The notes under the pieces are model-generated. The model was not told the DNA's origin. It was given only the letters and a program-made list of their open reading frames with translations, and searched no databases. The position numbers and the translations under genes are program-made. DNA of 64,000 bases from Bugula neritina (taxonomy: Eukaryota; Animalia; Bryozoa), in contig OZ037767.1 of the NCBI GenBank assembly GCA_964035545.1, forward strand, positions 17,543,781 to 17,607,780, given 5' to 3'. Below, one piece after another: positions 60,365 to 64,000 of the stretch; position 1 is the first letter of the stretch; the number at the start of each line of letters is the position of its first letter.

Positions 60365-63300
60365 TCATCTTTGAAAGGAGCAGGAGAAGAATAGCCCGTG
60401 AACTCTCCCCATCTTTGATATGGTTTTACTGGCTGGACTCTGGAACGTAGCCTCATACATTCCTGGGCCAGGGACTCTCTGCAATGAATAGTATTGTATG
60501 TAGGTATAGTATTGTATACTCACAGTGTATGTAGGTATAGTATTGTATACTCACAGTGTATGTAGGTATAGTATTGTATACTCACAGTGTATGTAGGTAT
60601 AGTATTGTATACTCACAGTGTATGTAGGTATAGTATTGCATACTCACAGTGTATGTAGGTATAGTATTGTATACTCACACTGTATGTAGGTATAGTATTG
60701 TATACTCACAGTGTATGTAGGTATAGTATTGTATACTCACAGTGTATGTAGGTATAGTATTGTATACTCACAGTGTATGTAGGTATAGTATTGTATACTC
60801 ACAGTGTATGTAGGTATAGTATTGTATACTCACAGTGTATGTAGGTATAGTATTGTATACTCACACTGTATGTAGGTATAGTATTGTATACCCACAGTGT
60901 ATGTAGGTATAGTATTGTATACTCACAGCGTATGTAGGTATAGTATTGTATACTCACAGTGTATGTAGGTATAGTATTGTATACTCACAGTGTATGTAGG
61001 TATAGTATTGTATACTCACAGTGTATGTAGGTATAGTATTGTATACCCATACTGTATGTAGGTATAGTATTGTATACTCACAGTGTATGTAGGTATAGTA
61101 TTGTATACCCACAGTGTATGTAGGTATAGTATTGTATACTCACAGTGTATGTAGGTATAGTATTGTATACTCACAGAGTATGTAGGTATAGTATTGTATA
61201 CCCACAGTGTATGTAGGTATAGTATTGTATACCCACAGTGTATGTAGGTATAGTATTGTATACTCACAGTGTATGTAGGTATAGTATTATATACTCACAC
61301 TGTATGTAGGTATAGTATTATATACTCACAGTATGTGACGTCTTGAACCTGGGGGTGGATGATTTGAAACTAGAAGATATTGAGGGGGTGGAGGGGGTGC
61401 TCTTAGCATCGTATTGGCCAGGTGCTGGGCCCTCTTTCTACAAAGGAAGTAGATAACTCTTAGACTAGCTGCAGATAAGTGGCTTCCAGACAGACTTTTC
61501 CTTGCTACAGACGAGGAACTAATACTAATATTTTCTTTTGGAAGATGAGACTGTACCCAGCTGAGTTATTAGTATACAGTGAGACTGTACCCTGGGTCAT
61601 TAGTATGTAGTGAGACTGTACCCTGAGTTATTAGTATACAGTGAGACTCTACCCTGAGTTATTAGTATGCAGTGAGACTGTACCCTGAGTAATTAGTATA
61701 CAGTGAGACTGTACCCTGAGTTATTAGTATACAGTGAGACTGTACCCTGAGTAATTAGTACGTAGTGAGACTAGTATGATAGGTGATATAGGGCTAACTC
61801 ACCGGTTTGAAGTAAATAGTAGGGAATCTTTTTATCGTAGACTTGAAGGTGTAGTTTCTGTAACATTAGACAGTTCGATGGTAAATTATTTATGCTAGGG
61901 GATGAGGCGTTATGCCCCTTGAACAAAATGCTTTAAACAGTCTATTATGCATGACATAGCTAATGGATGTGTCGTAGAGTTAGGCAGTTTAGTTATAGCA
62001 GAAACTTGGGGGAGGTGGAAAGGGCTATTGTAAAAGAGCTGAAGTTTAGAACCAAACTATGCTTGCGGAGTGGGCCAACAATTAATAGTCTTTTACACTT
62101 CAATCTTTTCTAGTTATCAACATATTGAAAATATATACAACTAGAAAGTTAAATGCGTTTAGCATATCAAAGTGACAGACATTCAACACACTGGCTATAG
62201 AATACATCATTGTAGTGATTATGACTGTTTCACTCACTTATTCTTGGGATCTGTGACTGAAGTGCAGTTATACTTTAAAGTCTCATATTGATTAGGAGCT
62301 ACGTCAATGTTTTTGTCAACAATTCCTTCGTTGAGTACGTCTTTACCAACTCTACCAGTGTTCTTAAACCTGTACGTCATCTCCGGCATTCTGTATGACA
62401 ATATAGTAATACTGTATAACAATATAGTAATACTGTATAGCAATATAGTAATACTGTATGACAATATAGTAATACTGTATAACAATATAGTAATACTGTA
62501 TAACAATATAGTAATACTGTATAACAATATAGCAATACTGTATGACAATATAGTAATATTATATAACAATAATTCTAGCACCAGTATAAATGTAACCTCT
62601 ATAATAAAACCTTTATAAGTAAAATTCAGAGTGTTTCCAAAACAAAAGAAAAGCAGGTAAAGTTTTACATTGTGATGCAACAAATGCACTCTTGGCTAAA
62701 GTTATTTGATATTCTCAAAGAGACTGGTGTATTATGGGATATATTTAACAAACAGACTAAACAATGAATAACTGTCTCTTATGATTATGTAATACTGCAA
62801 TTGTTGAAAATTGAATCACTTTAATATTTGAGATAATTTAGCAGCTCCAAATACATGAGAGTTTACAGTTCTCTAGATGAAGTATCAAAAACTTGTCATT
62901 CAATTAAAACATGAGAAGAATAAAGTATAGCAGCTGCTCCCATCCAGTGCTAAATGTTGGTATAACCATCTCAAACTAATAACTAGAGGTGTAAGGTACT
63001 AAGGCTATTCACAGCTCACATGAAGGATAGACAACTTACAAGTCAGAGAATTCCTTGAAGTTGTAGGCCCCTGGCATGAGGGACTCCCCCTTGCCCCCCT
63101 TAGTTGGCTCCAACCTCCGACCATCAGATTTGAAGCTATACGTTTTGCGGCTTCTGCTCAAGTCCAATAGAAACGTGTCGCTCTCCTTGACACCATAAGC
63201 AGACGGCAGCGGTGTTTCCTGCGCAACAAGATGTATACTGACAGAGAGTGTATACACAGAGTATATTATATATACACAGAGTATATTATATATACACAGA

Positions 63301-63915
63301 GTATATTATATATACACACAGAATAATATACACAGAGTATATATGGACAGTATAGGATATATAGAAAGTATATTAATATGAGATACACAGAGCATATACC
63401 AATATTAAAGAGTATATATATTATATTATATAGAAAGTATATTTGTGACTCACCCGGATGTATGTCCTCCACCAACCCTCTCTCCCCGATTTCTCCCCCT
63501 CGTACTCTTCAGAGAGACCAGTTCTAATCTACACAAATATTTACCACACTTTCTGAGGGAGATGTAAGACAATATCGTACCTTAGTCTGTTAATATGATT
63601 GTGTTACTGATTGAAGTAAACACGTGCCTCTTCCGCTAGTACTACTATCTTTACCTGTACATTGGATCCTTTGTAATTCCTCTCATGCACCGGAACTCTT
63701 ACTTTCTCTGCTACTTTCTTCTTCTTTGTCTGTATGATAGTTGGTCTAGCTATGTCCAGTATCTTGCCTTCTGCAACAGAGAGCATACGGTGTATACTGT
63801 ATATACATCTATACTACAGTTCTATTACATTGTATACACACGTATATACACTCGGAGAACTGGTGTTTTGTATACTACCTTGCACAGGGTTCAACGATGA
63901 TGTCACAGCGGCCAT
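60365..63915 (-). CDS. STPG4: Sperm-tail PG-rich repeat protein 4 (C2orf61-like)
   Basis: REGWWR...ETPLPSAY, TYSFKSDGR, FKSTIKRFPTIYFKP, EGPAPGQY, SSFKSSTPRF, VPGPGMY, ISKMGRVHGLFF. ATG at 63915, stop at 60365-60367. Confidence 0.8.
60489..61336 (-). repeat. 31-bp donor array, ~27 copies, filling the last STPG4 intron
   Basis: Sense unit CT|GTGAGTATACAATACTATACCTACATACA. The real junction is CATACT|GTGAGTAT at 61329. Confidence 0.95.
61546..61772. repeat. 31-bp minisatellite, ~7 copies
   Basis: Unit GTGAGACTGTACCCTGAGTTATTAGTATACA. Confidence 0.9.
62391..62570 (-). repeat. 21-bp acceptor array, ~8 copies
   Basis: Sense unit TATTACTATATTGT(T/C)ATACAG abuts the exon ending at 62390. Confidence 0.92.
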
Positions 63916-64000
63916 CTTGTGTACAGGCGTTACTAGCCCCGAGGAAAAGAAAGCGAAAAGGTCTAAAAAAGTAAAATGAGAAACTGGTAATGATGAAATA

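Overview
This is compact, intron-rich genomic DNA from an invertebrate-like animal, with nine multi-exon protein-coding genes. In order: the 3' part of VWA8 (+); two head-to-head CYP46A1-like cytochrome P450s (-/+); a Na+/Ca2+ exchanger NCX/SLC8 (-); NDUFAF1 (-); ANGEL (+); a third CYP46A1-like P450 (-); BTBD9 (-); and STPG4 (-). It also holds two copies of a tRNA-derived SINE, a tRNA-like relic and a ~180-bp foldback. Most long ORFs in the supplied track are artefacts of intronic minisatellites. The main unusual signal is that many introns are filled with their own private tandem repeat, and in about 20 of roughly 95 introns (manual count) the repeat unit is the exon-intron junction itself. 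These are sense-strand arrays of 3 to ~31 copies of the donor or the acceptor, often shaped as pyrimidine-rich YAG|GT recursive-splice-like modules. One intron is built entirely of 24-nt GT...AG units. In each coding case the exon-proximal copy gives the normal protein. Similar amplification occurs at stop codons. The three P450 paralogs are a gene-conversion mosaic that also carried one junction array between genes. Gene models were assembled by eye from GT-AG sites and family motifs; no database searches were run.
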